Assembly: GCA_965649765.1 (NCBI GenBank)
Contig: OZ287758.1
Span: forward strand, 3,348,001 to 3,412,000
Origin: Bispira polyomma
Lineage: Eukaryota
Direction of reading: 5' to 3'
Length of the DNA: 64,000 nucleotides
Position numbers and translations under genes: made by a program. The notes beneath the pieces were generated by a model. The model was not told where the DNA came from. It made no database searches and was given only the letters and a program-made list of their open reading frames with translations. Shown piece after piece: positions 25,701 to 37,400 of this stretch; within the stretch, counting starts at the first letter, position 1; every line of letters starts with the position of its first letter.

Positions 25701-27266
25701 GTTTGTGGGTATGCATTTGCTTATCCATAGATGTCAACAGCTTCTTCTCTATAACTATAGTTGCTATTAACTGTTTGATATTTTATTACAGGTACCTCAG
25801 GTTTCTAAATATCAGTGGATCCAAACCTTTTTTTTCTATCTTTCAGAAACAACACAATCTTCCTTCTCCAAAAACAATGCCAGAATCAGTCCCCAAGTTT
25901 GCACACATATACCTTATCGCAGACAATATTTTCTGTTCTAAAGACCCCCCATAAATAATTATAGCCCCAAATCGCCCCCCACCCACCCATCGCCCTCCGC
26001 TTGTCAAGTGCTCAGGATTATTTTACATCACCAAACAACAATATCTTTACTACAATAAAACAGCATGGAAAATTGTTATTAATCTCACTTTCAAGCATTG
26101 TTGGTAATGTGAATAGTGACCTGTATTTAATTAATTTATGATAAGATGAAGAAACAGAATGCCTATACAGTTTATTCACCCTATTTATTCTTTAAAAGCA
26201 TGCAGACAATTCTGTAGATAATTTAATTTTTTCATACCAGGGAGCCGTAGGAACAAGGACAGCATGGACAAACATGGAGCAAGATCAAAGGCAAATACTG
26301 TATCCACCAGATGAACAACTATTTCCTGATGCTGCAATCACTAAATGTATACCGTTTGTTAAAGTAGCCGACCTGAAGATGGACTTCAACGATAGGCTGA
26401 TGAGAGGAAGCTATGGCACGGTTATTCGTGGTACGTTGAATGGCACCAGTGTGGCGGTAAAAGAAGTGAAGGTGAATGCTATTAAACGTACCAAAACGAA
26501 GACGTGGACAGAATTGTACGAGGAACAGGTGAATCGGGAATTCCACGTTAGTGCCTTTGTTCGCCATATGAATGTGGCTTTCCTACTGGCATACGCACTA
26601 CAGAATGATACACTGTTCTTGGTCTATGAGCTCATAGACGGACACACCATGGAGCAGGTAATCCTCGATCCTCAGGTACAACCTATGTACCACTTGGACA
26701 AGAAGGAGAAGCTCTTCTTGACCACACAGATTGCCCAAGCTCTGGCTTTCTTACACCACTGCAATCCGAGGGTCGTCCATGGGGATATCAATCCTGCCAA
26801 CATCATGGTCACCAGAGACAAGAACCTGGCAATGCTATTCGATCTGGGAGTCAACAAACTAAAGGAGAGGAATGCCGTCACAACAACGGGAGGGAACCTG
26901 TCACCCGGCACACCCATGTATATGGCCAGGGAACAGCTGCTTGAGAATATGAAATCAACAACATGCACAGACATCTGGTCCATGGGGGCATCGCTGTACG
27001 AGATCTTCTTTGAAGAGGACGTCTGGGAGGTTGATGGGGGCGACACCATGAAGGGTATCAAGAAACTGCTCCTGGCCAATGAAAGACCTAAACTGATAAA
27101 GGCCCCCAAGGAAGGGTGCCACAATCTAGCCCGGCTTATTGACAAGTGCATGCAGACTTTGGACACAAGTCGCCCACCTGCCTTAGAAGTGCTGAAGGAG
27201 TTATGGTTCATAGAAAAGACGTATGACGATGCTCAGAAACAAAAGAATGCAGACTACAAGCCTTAG
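19583..27266 (+). CDS. Spliced CARD(-like death-fold)-kinase, ~459 aa; coding exons 19583-19780, 21789-21903, 23434-23474, 26241-27266
   Basis: All junctions are GT-AG and phase-compatible (0,1,0). The joined N-terminus MADYREPPHIIIFRRWYKQLIHSINVPGVTASLMSANCMTVRDLERINIKCANTGQIAASETLMTD|VMLRNPDPDCFKHFTEALESSNHQYVAEQM follows the CARD helix pattern. Linker DYETKMAQGPATGL|GAVGTRTAWTN reads in frame into the 330-aa kinase ORF. Confidence 0.8.
21789..21903 (+). CDS. CARD-kinase coding exon 2 (C-terminal helices of CARD)
   Basis: ttgtag|GTG acceptor; VMLRNPDPDCFKHFTEALESSNHQYVAEQMRSEYQQYL resembles the CARD C-terminal motif (RGPxAFxxFxxALxxxxQxxLA); donor G|gttagt. Confidence 0.8.
22265..22490 (-). 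mobile_element. Diverged tRNA-SINE
   Basis: Minus-strand head GGTCCCCGTGGCCTGGTGGTTAG with a degenerate B box. Confidence 0.45.
23434..23474 (+). CDS. CARD-kinase linker mini-exon
   Basis: ttacag acceptor, gtaagt donor; 41 nt converts phase 1 to phase 0, exactly as needed to join the kinase exon. Confidence 0.7.
23641..25254. repeat. 28-29-bp minisatellite (CCATGGGTACCATTGGTATTATAAAGGG) split by the hAT MITE
   Basis: Arrays at 23641-23847 and 24969-25254. Confidence 0.9.
23848..24968. mobile_element. hAT-like MITE inserted into a minisatellite
   Basis: TIR CAG(A/G)CAT(G/A)GGG, 8-bp TSD ATAA(A/G)TAC, subterminal GTATTCGAATAC palindromes; related fragment at ~32080-32221. Confidence 0.75.
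25248..25480 (+). mobile_element. Diverged tRNA-SINE
   Basis: GGCCATGGTGGCCTAGTGGTT head, CTCACCTCTGGG, ATCGAATCCC B-box variant. Confidence 0.6.
26241..27266 (+). CDS. Protein kinase domain exon (TKL-like Ser/Thr kinase, atypical motifs)
   Basis: Motifs MRGSYGTV (G-loop), VAVK, HGDINPAN, DLG, GTPMYMARE, DIWSMG, RP; acceptor ttttttcataccag at 26240. Confidence 0.92.
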   Translation, partial: GAVGTRTAWTNMEQDQRQILYPPDEQLFPDAAITKCIPFVKVADLKMDFNDRLMRGSYGTVIRGTLNGTSVAVKEVKVNAIKRTKTKTWTELYEEQVNREFHVSAFVRHMNVAFLLAYALQNDTLFLVYELIDGHTMEQVILDPQVQPMYHLDKKEKLFLTTQIAQALAFLHHCNPRVVHGDINPANIMVTRDKNLAMLFDLGVNKLKERNAVTTTGGNLSPGTPMYMAREQLLENMKSTTCTDIWSMGASLYEIFFEEDVWEVDGGDTMKGIKKLLLANERPKLIKAPKEGCHNLARLIDKCMQTLDTSRPPALEVLKELWFIEKTYDDAQKQKNADYKP

Positions 27267-27701
27267 AAGGCATGACAGTGGTTTCGTTCAGTGGAATATG
27301 AGATATTTGTAACAAAGGTTTTCTCAGTCTGCAAATATATTAAAAGGTGCATACAGAACAACCTGGCCCCAGTTTTTTTTCATAGAACTGTCTCAAAATT
27401 AGCAGAATTGTCCTACAGAGTAGTCTAACTTTCAGCAGAGCCATAGAAAAGGGGCTGCTACACTTTTTTACAGACAGGCACGCACTAAGGGTGTAAGGAC
27501 CTACTAAACTTCAATAGTAGATGGTAGAATGACAATTTTATGGTAGATTATACAACTTTACATGATAACACCAACTAAAAACTACACTGTAGGTGACTAG
27601 TATATTATTAATATGCCTTTGTGAAACGGGCCTGGCTTTTCAGCAAAAGCTATTTTCTATATTTGTTCTCAAACACCGACATATATATATATATTATAAT
27701 A

Positions 27702-27886
27702 CAGTAGAACCTCTATTATCCAAACATATTTTGAAAGTGAGAATTTGTTTAGATAATAGAAGGTCTGTAAAATAGAAGGGGGATTTTAGTAATAAACATA
27801 GCAAAATATAAGTTTGGGAGAATGAAATTGAGTCCGTAAAATCGAATAGTCGGATAATAGAGGGTCGGATAATAGAGGTTCTACTG
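27702..27886. mobile_element. Tc1/mariner (pogo/Tigger-type) MITE
   Basis: TA|CAGTAGAACCTCTATTATCC ... GGATAATAGAGGTTCTACTG|TA; second copy 32593-32769. Confidence 0.8.
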
Positions 27887-29709
27887 TACATGTAGATATC
27901 AGCACCTGCAGCCATATTGTCGAAAGAACTCATAACTCGGACTTAAATCTGAAATATCTATTATCTCTGGCTAGAGTAAAAATTAGGTAAAATATCCGAT
28001 TGTATCTTTGAATTCAGCACTGAAAATTCTGTAAATGAATCGTCCCAAGTTTAGGGTTATCTCCATATACCATGACTTTATTTGAGTCTGAGTTTGAGTT
28101 TTTTGTGGTACAGAGACTCAAAGAGACAGCAGCAAATCAATCTTCTGATAACTGCAAGTTCTTCAAGAGCCGTGTCTGACATATACTCAGCTCAAACTCA
28201 TACTCAGCTTAAATCTGGATTCTTTATAAATCTATGTATGGTTAATATACCTAAAATCGGACTTGATATTTGAATTCAGGGTCAAAAGCTCTATTAAAAT
28301 AAATGGTCACAAGTATAGGTTAATTCCATGTATAATGATTTCCACATGGTCTATATTTGAGTTGATTATGAGTTTAAGTTCTAGAATACGGGCCCAGACC
28401 TTTATCTTAATTTGGTGCCATAGCTGTATCAATGTGAGTTCTAGAATTATGTTGTTGAGCATGTGAATATCCGATGTATTTTGCGGTTTTATATCTTTAG
28501 CGATTGTATGGTAACATTAATTTTGAGACAGTAGATGGTAGTTGTATGTGGTAGATTAGGGTAATAACTTTCCCCTAATAATGAATGAGGGTAATAAAAC
28601 CATCAAAACAGTGTAAAATAAGTGAAAGACATGTATGCTTTTTTTTTAAAAAAAAGACAGCTTCTGCATCGTGCCAATAAAATATCACAGTTACAGTGAA
28701 AACAAAGAAGTACACAATTGTTACCACAAAAAAATAAACCTTTTAAATTTGACATGTAAATTCAATATAAATTGAACTTCTGTTTTATCCAAACATTGTA
28801 TTTTTAATGAACACATTTCCTATACTCTTTAACATTATCATTTTGTGCCCCATGGTTTGACATTATCAACCCTTTAGTGACCTTATCTGTCGAGCACAGA
28901 CGACTTATATTGTTAGAAACCATGTTTGGGGATGCATGTCGACACCAGTATATATTTGCAGTATTCAGGTCACTCAGTTTGAGTGTGTTGATTAATTTTT
29001 AATTTCTCCGAATTATGGTGAGAATAATGCAGAACAGGAGTGCATTATGAACACTGAGTCTGCATAATATTGATTATTAATCTCACAATTTTTGTGTAAT
29101 AATATAAAGTCAATTATGGAATGTTTCTGAGGTTCAGTGCAAAACTGTCCCATTGGTTGTAAAAGGGTGAACACATCATCCACATCTTCTATCCAATGAA
29201 ACTTCCAGTAATAAAATAGAAAATATATCTGTCCAGACGCATTTAGATAATAAAGGTTCTAATTTACTTCGTCAAATTTTCAGACAAGACTTGCAAATAA
29301 AATGTTCTTTCCTGACACTCTTCTGATATGTATTCCTGATATTACCCTCTTAAATGGAAATGCATTAATACAAAAACTTAGACACAGGAATTATACCCTA
29401 ACCCAAATGTGAAATTGCTCATTTCATAAAATGGGCAATAAACACATTTGTTGAAAGGGGCAATTTTGCCACAAAAACGCAGGTCAGTATTTTACAAGAC
29501 AACACTTATCTATCCCAAAATATACAGTACCTAAGGGTGTAATACTCACTATCCCAATATAATATATATTTTTCTTAATACAATATATACTGTAATACAA
29601 AATTGGAAAAGCGATATGTATTCGGTACAAATGAAGTATGAAAGTGTAAAATAGATTTACAATTATAACTAAAGCAATGGATGCAGTCAACGCTGAATAA
29701 AATTGAATA

Positions 29710-30739
29710 CAGTAGACTCTGTGTAACTCGATTCACCATAACTCGATTTTTACCATAAATCGAACCATATTTAAAGTCCCAACATTTTGTAATGCAAAGA
29801 CAAGGTATTTTTCGAAGTTCGATCTTTGAAATTTGGTATTATTCGAACCTAATAGCAGGCCATAACGTGATTTTCAGTCATTTTTTGACAGCTTGACTCG
29901 AACCAGATACAAGACTGTATATTTGTTTGACAAGGGATTATAGAAGTCCATTGTTGTTTTGTTTGCCAGTGTAAGCCATTTACTTGCATGTGGCTTTTGT
30001 TAGAAGACTGGCTGTAGTGGAGGTGTCAGTCTTTGTATTTAAGGGTAATTGAGGGTCTTAAACACATACACTCATCAAAAAACACATAAAACTTACTTAA
30101 ATTGGCCATTGAATTTCACGTGTTTTACCATACAATACCACAAAGTGGGCGGGCCCTAATTTGCATAAATACCGCTTCCTACAAAAGGCAGAAAAACTCT
30201 CACTTTTATCTATTAAAGTGCAATTAGGGTAGGAGATTTAAGGTTTGTTTGTTACAAATAACCTTCGAAGGTATGAGCTGGGCTGTCTTTATGGATTTCT
30301 GAATGGAGTGTTTTAAAGTAAAAAAAACAAAAAAAACCATTATTTAAGCATTTTATATGTGGGGAACATTGAATCTGAACTTGTCCTTACAAAGCCACGA
30401 GAGAGATTTATTATTTATGGTAAATCTTACGAGTTCTTGTCATAAATATGTCTTTACATTTACCAAGAAATAAAGTGAATTTAGGGACAGATAATAATGG
30501 ATACCAATGTTAAACAACTTTTATTTACACAATAAAAGGTATGACTACAAGTGTTATTGTGTTTTAAGGCTACTTTAAAAAAATCTGGTATTATCGTCCA
30601 TAGGTACCGCAAGACTGTAACAAAAAAAAACAACTTTTAAGGTTTATCATCTCCTCCCTACCCAAATTATGAGTCAAATTTAGCATAATTCGAACCATTA
30701 TTGATGGATATTGCACATTCACTTTTACAGAGTCTACTG
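29710..30739. mobile_element. Tc1/mariner (Tigger-type) non-autonomous element
   Basis: TA|CAGTAGACTCTGT ... ACAGAGTCTACTG|TA. Confidence 0.7.
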
Positions 30740-31221
30740 TATTGATAATTTTCCCCGATTTTTCATTACTTTCTTCTAAGATCACTGCTACCGTTTTTTA
30801 CTAAAGAGTTTGAATCACGGGTAGAATCTCATTTTATTTAGAAAGTTACTATTTTTTCTTTTTAGCAAATCTATTACTGGCATATCATCCAATGTATCAC
30901 TGAAATATAATCCAATATATTGCAATACGTATTGTGAATTGTCTTCTATTTGATATATCATATATTACATTTTTAACACGCCTAATTAACGACAGGCATC
31001 TTCAAAACCACAACATCATTGACAAAGTTGTTAAAATCGTAGTCCGTTTTACAATACAAATTTGTGATCGCTGAGGTTCTGATACGGAAAGAGTATTTAC
31101 AACTTCACTGACATTTTCACATTATCCCAAAACAATATTACCTATGTATTATGTGAAAGACGAAGGAACCACAAACAAACTATTTTCTACATTCCTTAAA
31201 CTGACTCTAACATTAAAAGTA

Positions 31222-31412
31222 TCAGGAATCTGCAAATGTCTTGTTGAACTCATCTTGGTTTTCAAACGCTGCACGAATGAATTGAGCAAACAATCGGTCC
31301 ACATAGCTGGTGTGTCTCGGAAATGTGCCCTCCAGAAATCCAATATGGCCGCCATACTGCGTCACTACAATAGAAGTATACTGGCTGCTCTCGATTTCCT
31401 TCAAGGGTAGAG
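31222..31412 (-). CDS. ABHD3: ABHD exon 10 (catalytic His, stop)
   Basis: LPLKEIESSQYTSIVVTQYGGHIGFLEGTFPRHTSYVDRLFAQFIRAAF...DS*. Confidence 0.92.
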
Positions 31413-34400
31413 CTACAAAAAATAAGACAGAAAGCATTTTTCTTTTAACACAGGCTGGATATATCATTGCTACAGTTAGTCAACAACGCCAAAATGTAGA
31501 GAGAATTAGAATTGTTTTTTTTTAAACAGAATGAATGCTTTGAAGAATTTCTCGTCTCTAATAATAGATTTGACTCGGCAATTCTCAGTATATTTCTTTA
31601 GAGGTTACTGGGTCTGTATTCACTGACGGACTAAGCCAAGCCTTAGGCTTAAATCTAGTATACACTTGTGTGCTAGATTTAAGCCTAAGACTTGGACAAG
31701 TCTCTCAGTAAATACGGGCACTGAGCTCCTCCTATCTTTATGACAAAGTTTACTAAAGGAGGAATTTATTGACAGATAATAGAACCTTAATCAAATCGAA
31801 GTAGATTAACAACAGGAACACAGTAGTACATTTAAAGGACAGTAAATTGAAGAGATAACCAAAGTTGTGAAAACAGAGTTTACATTGTATATCAATGGGA
31901 ACGTCACTGTGTCACCATTCACTCAATGGTGTGATAAATTACTGGTCCATTAGATTTTTAATATGAAATTAGAACTATTTCATTGTGATATTCAATAGAT
32001 TAATTATCACTTGACAAATTGCTGCTTTTATTTTACTTATAACAAGAAATATTGGAAATGTATCCATGAAAGTTCTTTATGAATACGTTTATATTTGCAA
32101 TGTATTCGAATACGAATGTAAGTACTTTGCCTCCAAAACAAAAGTATTTGAATACGAATACTTTAAAAATGTATTTGAATGCATTTGAATACGAATGGAC
32201 AATCTCAATACCTCATGTCTGCACTACACACTAAAGGATTAGAATTTACCTGGAGTTCGATGGTGGAAGAAAAACCCAAGTGCTGAAGACACTGTGTAAA
32301 CCACCCACCAAAAATTAAAATTTTGTGACCTGCATTTTTAGCTCTATTTAGCTCTATTTTCGTTCAATAAGAGGGAATAATAGTCAATAATTAACCCTAA
32401 TTCTATTGATTATAGTCAAATTCCTTTGAAGTAGAACACTGTTTACTAAATGTCACTGTTTTATGTAGAGAAAAATCACTGCCGTCCCACAGTGGCCTTT
32501 TTATTTTAAACATAAGTTCAAATTCCTTTTTTTCTTTTTTGTCCCTTTATGTTAGACTTAAATGGGGGTCTCCCGTATTGAGTAAAAATAAACAGTAGAA
32601 CCTCTATTATCTGAACATGTTGGGAGCACAAGATTTTGGCCTAAATCGGTCATTAAATTTTTCTTTTTTTTCCCTTTTATTAAATTGGTACGCCTGGGCG
32701 TACTGGCTTCTACACTAGCTACGCCCCTGTCAATAAAATCTAACTATTCGGACAATAGAGGTTCTACTGTGTAATCATTAAAGATAAGACTCTTACAATC
32801 ACCGGGAGCAAACGGGTCGTCATAGGCGTTGAGAGCCAGAAGTGGCGTCTGTATCTCGTGTACTTTGACGTGTAGACTCATGTCTTCATAGTACTCCCTC
32901 CAGGATGGGTAGCCAAATTGCTTGGCGATAAAACGGTCATCGAAATCCCTCACGCGCTGGCTCTGTGGGGAAAAACTAATATGGATGTAATTGAGAAATG
33001 TTACTCAATAAAACATGTCAGGTAACAAACTAATCTTGTCTACTAATGTGGCAACATAATTATTCTGTATACTGTATATGTAACTAACAAAACTTTTACC
33101 TATCCGTCAATTTTTATTACCAAAAACAACAGTGGGTTTGAGTGAATTTCTAAAGTTTATAAATTTGATACTTTGACACACCTCAGCTGATGTTAAAAAG
33201 AAGAAGTAGTAGACACCTAAATTCTTTCATGGAGAGTCAAATTAATTTGTACACACACTTTTTTTTGGTATGTATCTATGTAAGACCATGATAGTATTAA
33301 TACGCAATTCTAAAAATGTCAAAGCTTTGATAAGGAAGTACCTAGTTGCCGTGGCAACTTTCAGGCAATAATACGTAAATGGCAGAAATGCAAAAAAATT
33401 TTAAAAAAAGTGAGGGTTTGGGGAGAAAAGAATGTGTGTAAACATCCCTCACAAGAAAAATACAAAAGATTTGACCTTGTTAACTTGAATCAAGGTCAAA
33501 TGTCATTAATGATGGAAGGGATTGATGTTTACTTAATGCATCTGTAGTGTACTTTGTGCCCAGTGAATATAGTTATTTCAATAATGTGATTTTGCACTAA
33601 ATACAGCACAAATCTGGTAATTATTTTAAATTTGTCATGTAACTCGTGTTATAATCAAACTAACACATTTCAAAGCATGGTATACGGTAATTTTTACCAC
33701 TCTTGGAGCTTAGAAACACTCATACTTCACCTTTGTGTTAAATACAACTCTAAAGATGGTAAAATGGTGTTATTCCGAAAATAGACGCGACAACAGTCCT
33801 GCAGTAAAACGGTCATATACTTTTGAACCAATCAAAACAGCTAACACACATTAATTTTAGTTTGGGTTCAACATTGCTTTAAAATATGTCCGGTGTCGTA
33901 TCCTATGATGGACAGTTCACTGGTGGATAAAATTAGAGCATGGGCGAGTTGATTCAAGGTTTTACTGGTCTGCAAACCTCCATCCAGCCTTCAGCAAGTC
34001 AACTGTCAAAGTTACTGTCACATACAGGCCAGGGCCGAGATTCAGACCCAGACCTGGTATTCTTGCATGTATACTCAGCTCTGACTCATACTCAACTTAA
34101 ATCTGATTTTTAGAACTCGTAATACAGAAAATATATCTAAAATCTGACTTCATATTTGAATTCAGGGTTAAAAGCTCTATTACAATGAATGGTCACAAGT
34201 ACAGGTTATTTCTATGTAAAATGATTTCCACACGGCCTGTATTTGAGTTAAGTATGAGTTTAGGCTGAGTATACATTACAGTAGACGTTATAGTATACTG
34301 AGAACTGAGAATACGGGCCCAGAACTACAGAGGTGAGGGGCTAGTGCTACAAAAACAAACCGTTTTAAGGTTTATCGAATATTAAAATGAAACAAACGGA

Positions 34401-37400
34401 TGTATTACAATATGTTGTCTTAATAAAACTAAATTGCGACATACTGATATATCAATGTATTGCTACACCCTTAGTTAAAGTCAAACTCGCACAATAAACA
34501 AACCTCCATTAGGAATTCCCAGTCATAATCGTCTTCAAAGTGACCCCTGTATCTGAAAGTATAGCAAATCAAAAACAATACCTGCTTGTCCAATAAGTAT
34601 ATAACTGAGCAGTCTTATTGTACAAAATTGCGTCCAAATCTGAACACCTTTAAATATTGCCATTTACATCTTGTTATGGGCTCATTTTTGTTTTGTTTCA
34701 TTAATGCATCTGTAGTGTACTTCCTGCCTAGTGGATCTAGTGACTTCAATAATGTGATTTTGCACTAAATACAGCACAAATCTGGTAATTATTTTAAAGT
34801 TGTCCTGTAACTCCCGTTAGAATCAGAATAACACATTCCAAGGTATACTGTAAGTTTTACCACTCTTGGAGTTTTAAAACTCCTGTCGCGCTTTAGAAGA
34901 TGCTAGCATCAATAAAGCGTGTTAAACATTCATAATAACAATAAGAAGAATAAAACGGATGTGACAGGTGTCTTCCTGTTTACAGTTATGGCTGACATAC
35001 AGTTCTGTTGACATTCTATGCATTATCAAATAATTAGGCTGGGAACCAAACAGAACTAAACAAAACCAAAATACACAAAAAATTGCAACGGGAATTTTCT
35101 TTGGAAAATCTGGTTTTAACTAATATAAGGAATTATTGCAACACGACAAGTGGACTGAGTCTGAGTGAGCACTCACTTGGTCACCATAGCCTTGAGGTCA
35201 TTACACAGGTGACTGTTGAACAAGAAGTGGTTGATGGGTTCTTCCAGTGACTTGGACGTCTCAAAAGGGTTCCATGCAGTGGACATGGTAAAAGCAGCCA
35301 GCAGACCACTGTCTCTGCCCCGATGTGTCAGGTAATTGCTCAGAATGATCCTGCAACACAAGTTAAAACAAGAACAATCTCCAAAATCGTGTACAAAATA
35401 TTGGTAAATTTTTCTGGAGATCTTTTTTTTTTTCTTCAAATTTTGTAGATTCTCGCCTGAAAAAAATAAAATATTATGCCATACATGGAAATGAACGGGT
35501 CGCAATATTATTAGATAAAACCCCCCTACCCCTTGGAGCAAATGGTATGTGTACTGCAGTTTGCAGAGACAACGATCTACCATTCATTACAAGCGGCACT
35601 TTTCGATCTGAAACGATGTGACATGATGTTTGCTAGACAAACCGAGAATTGTCTGTTAAACTTTTGCTAAACCAACCCCAACCTAAATTAAATTTGCTAA
35701 ACCTAGTCCAGCCTAAATTATATAGTCAATCGCGCAATCATTACTTTTATCACTAGGATGAAACCTATTTTGTACCTATTTTTATTGCATTGTAATGTAC
35801 CTGCATACGTAAATATAGATATTAAAATTTGTTATTGATTTTTGAAATTTTTTTTAGAGATTTCTGTCTTTGCTTTTAATATTCTATGTAAACATTATAT
35901 TTACCGTGTTAGCTGAAGTTAAGGTCAAAATTTGCCAAATAATATTTTAAGTTAAACATAGGAATCTGTTGGACTACCTTTTGCAAAGGTTGTGGTAGTT
36001 TGTTTCAATTTTTAGTAGTCTCGGACTACTGGACTACTGCATATGTCGAGCCCTGTTAATTGTAAATAAATGCCTACCCTCCGAGTGAGACTCCTAGATT
36101 ACTGTATATGTCAAGCCCTGTTAACTGTAAATAGATGCCTACCCTCCGAGTGAGACTCCTGCCGCTATGACGGGGGCCTTGGGGTACTTCTGTGTGATGT
36201 GGCCAATCACAGCACGCAAGTCTTCAGTCTTGGTGGCGCAGTACGTTTTCGGGGTCTTGGGATAGAGAAAAAAAATAAGGAAAAGAAAGTTCCACACTAG
36301 AGATGAAACAAGAAATCCATTTACTTTTAAATCTAAGGGTTCAAATACTAGCTATAAAACTGACATCATATTTGAATTCAGTGCTAGAAGCATTATATTC
36401 AAATGACTAGTGACTGTTACAAGTAGAGAGAGTGAAAACAATAGTAAAACTGGATATATCAGACCACAATACTTTTAGTAGCAGCTGGACCAGCGGACCC
36501 TCTAGCTTTTTTAGAACTTCTCTGTAACTTACAACTTTGGGACTCGATTATGCATATTTTACTACTTATTGGCAGAATTTTAGGAAATGCACCCAAAGGC
36601 ACATTGTCGCCTAAGAAAAATACAACTAATAAATATATATGAAAACCCAACTTTATGGTATTTTACACCTACTTTTGTAAAGTTATATTGTAGGAAAAAC
36701 AACAGAAGAGTTTAGGTATGTGTCAGCACTTTATTTGGTTGGAATTAGTTTGAAGTGAGTGATTATCGATGCACTTCACACACTAAGACTTAAAGCTTTA
36801 AATGTTACTTCCATAGTCTTTATAAGTTAAGTTTCAGGTGGACTTCAAGTTTTCTTGGAGCATACTGGCCCAGAATACCAGAGTTACACCATTTTAAATA
36901 TGAGTTTGAGCATGTACCTTTAGTTCTGCACCTCCATTTCCTCTGTTGTTGAACACCACTGACCTAAAAATAGAAATAACCGGAAAAACGTAAAATGGAC
37001 GTTTTGAATATATGTGCGTATGTAAATAGCAATATAGGTCAGTACATATGGGTATGAATTCTTAGCCCTGGCAAGACTAGGTACTAGGCTAGTGGTATAT
37101 TTAAATCTATACATGGGTCAATGTTTATTCAGAGTGAAATAGTGAATCAACACCAAACTAGTGAACTGTCTGGTGTATATGCCTTGAGCTAATTACAAGG
37201 TGAACGTTTACACTTTTCCCGCAAAAATTGGCTGTCTATATAAACCCCAACATCTACACAATCTGGGAGTTAGTTTGCTGTGTGGCTTGTTGCGTTGAAT
37301 CTTAGGGAGGAAGACATATTGGAGGTCATATTGAAAACCACGTGGGGAGAAATTTTAAAACTACTGATTTTACACGAGCTCCAAACTGTGCTTTTCCGTC

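Noticed and set aside
26672-27211. 179-aa antisense ORF
   Set aside because: Shadow of the kinase coding strand
33530-34880. Dispersed duplicates (33530-33710 / 34700-34875; also 28180-28400 / 34070-34322)
   Set aside because: Ordinary interspersed repeat or MITE copies
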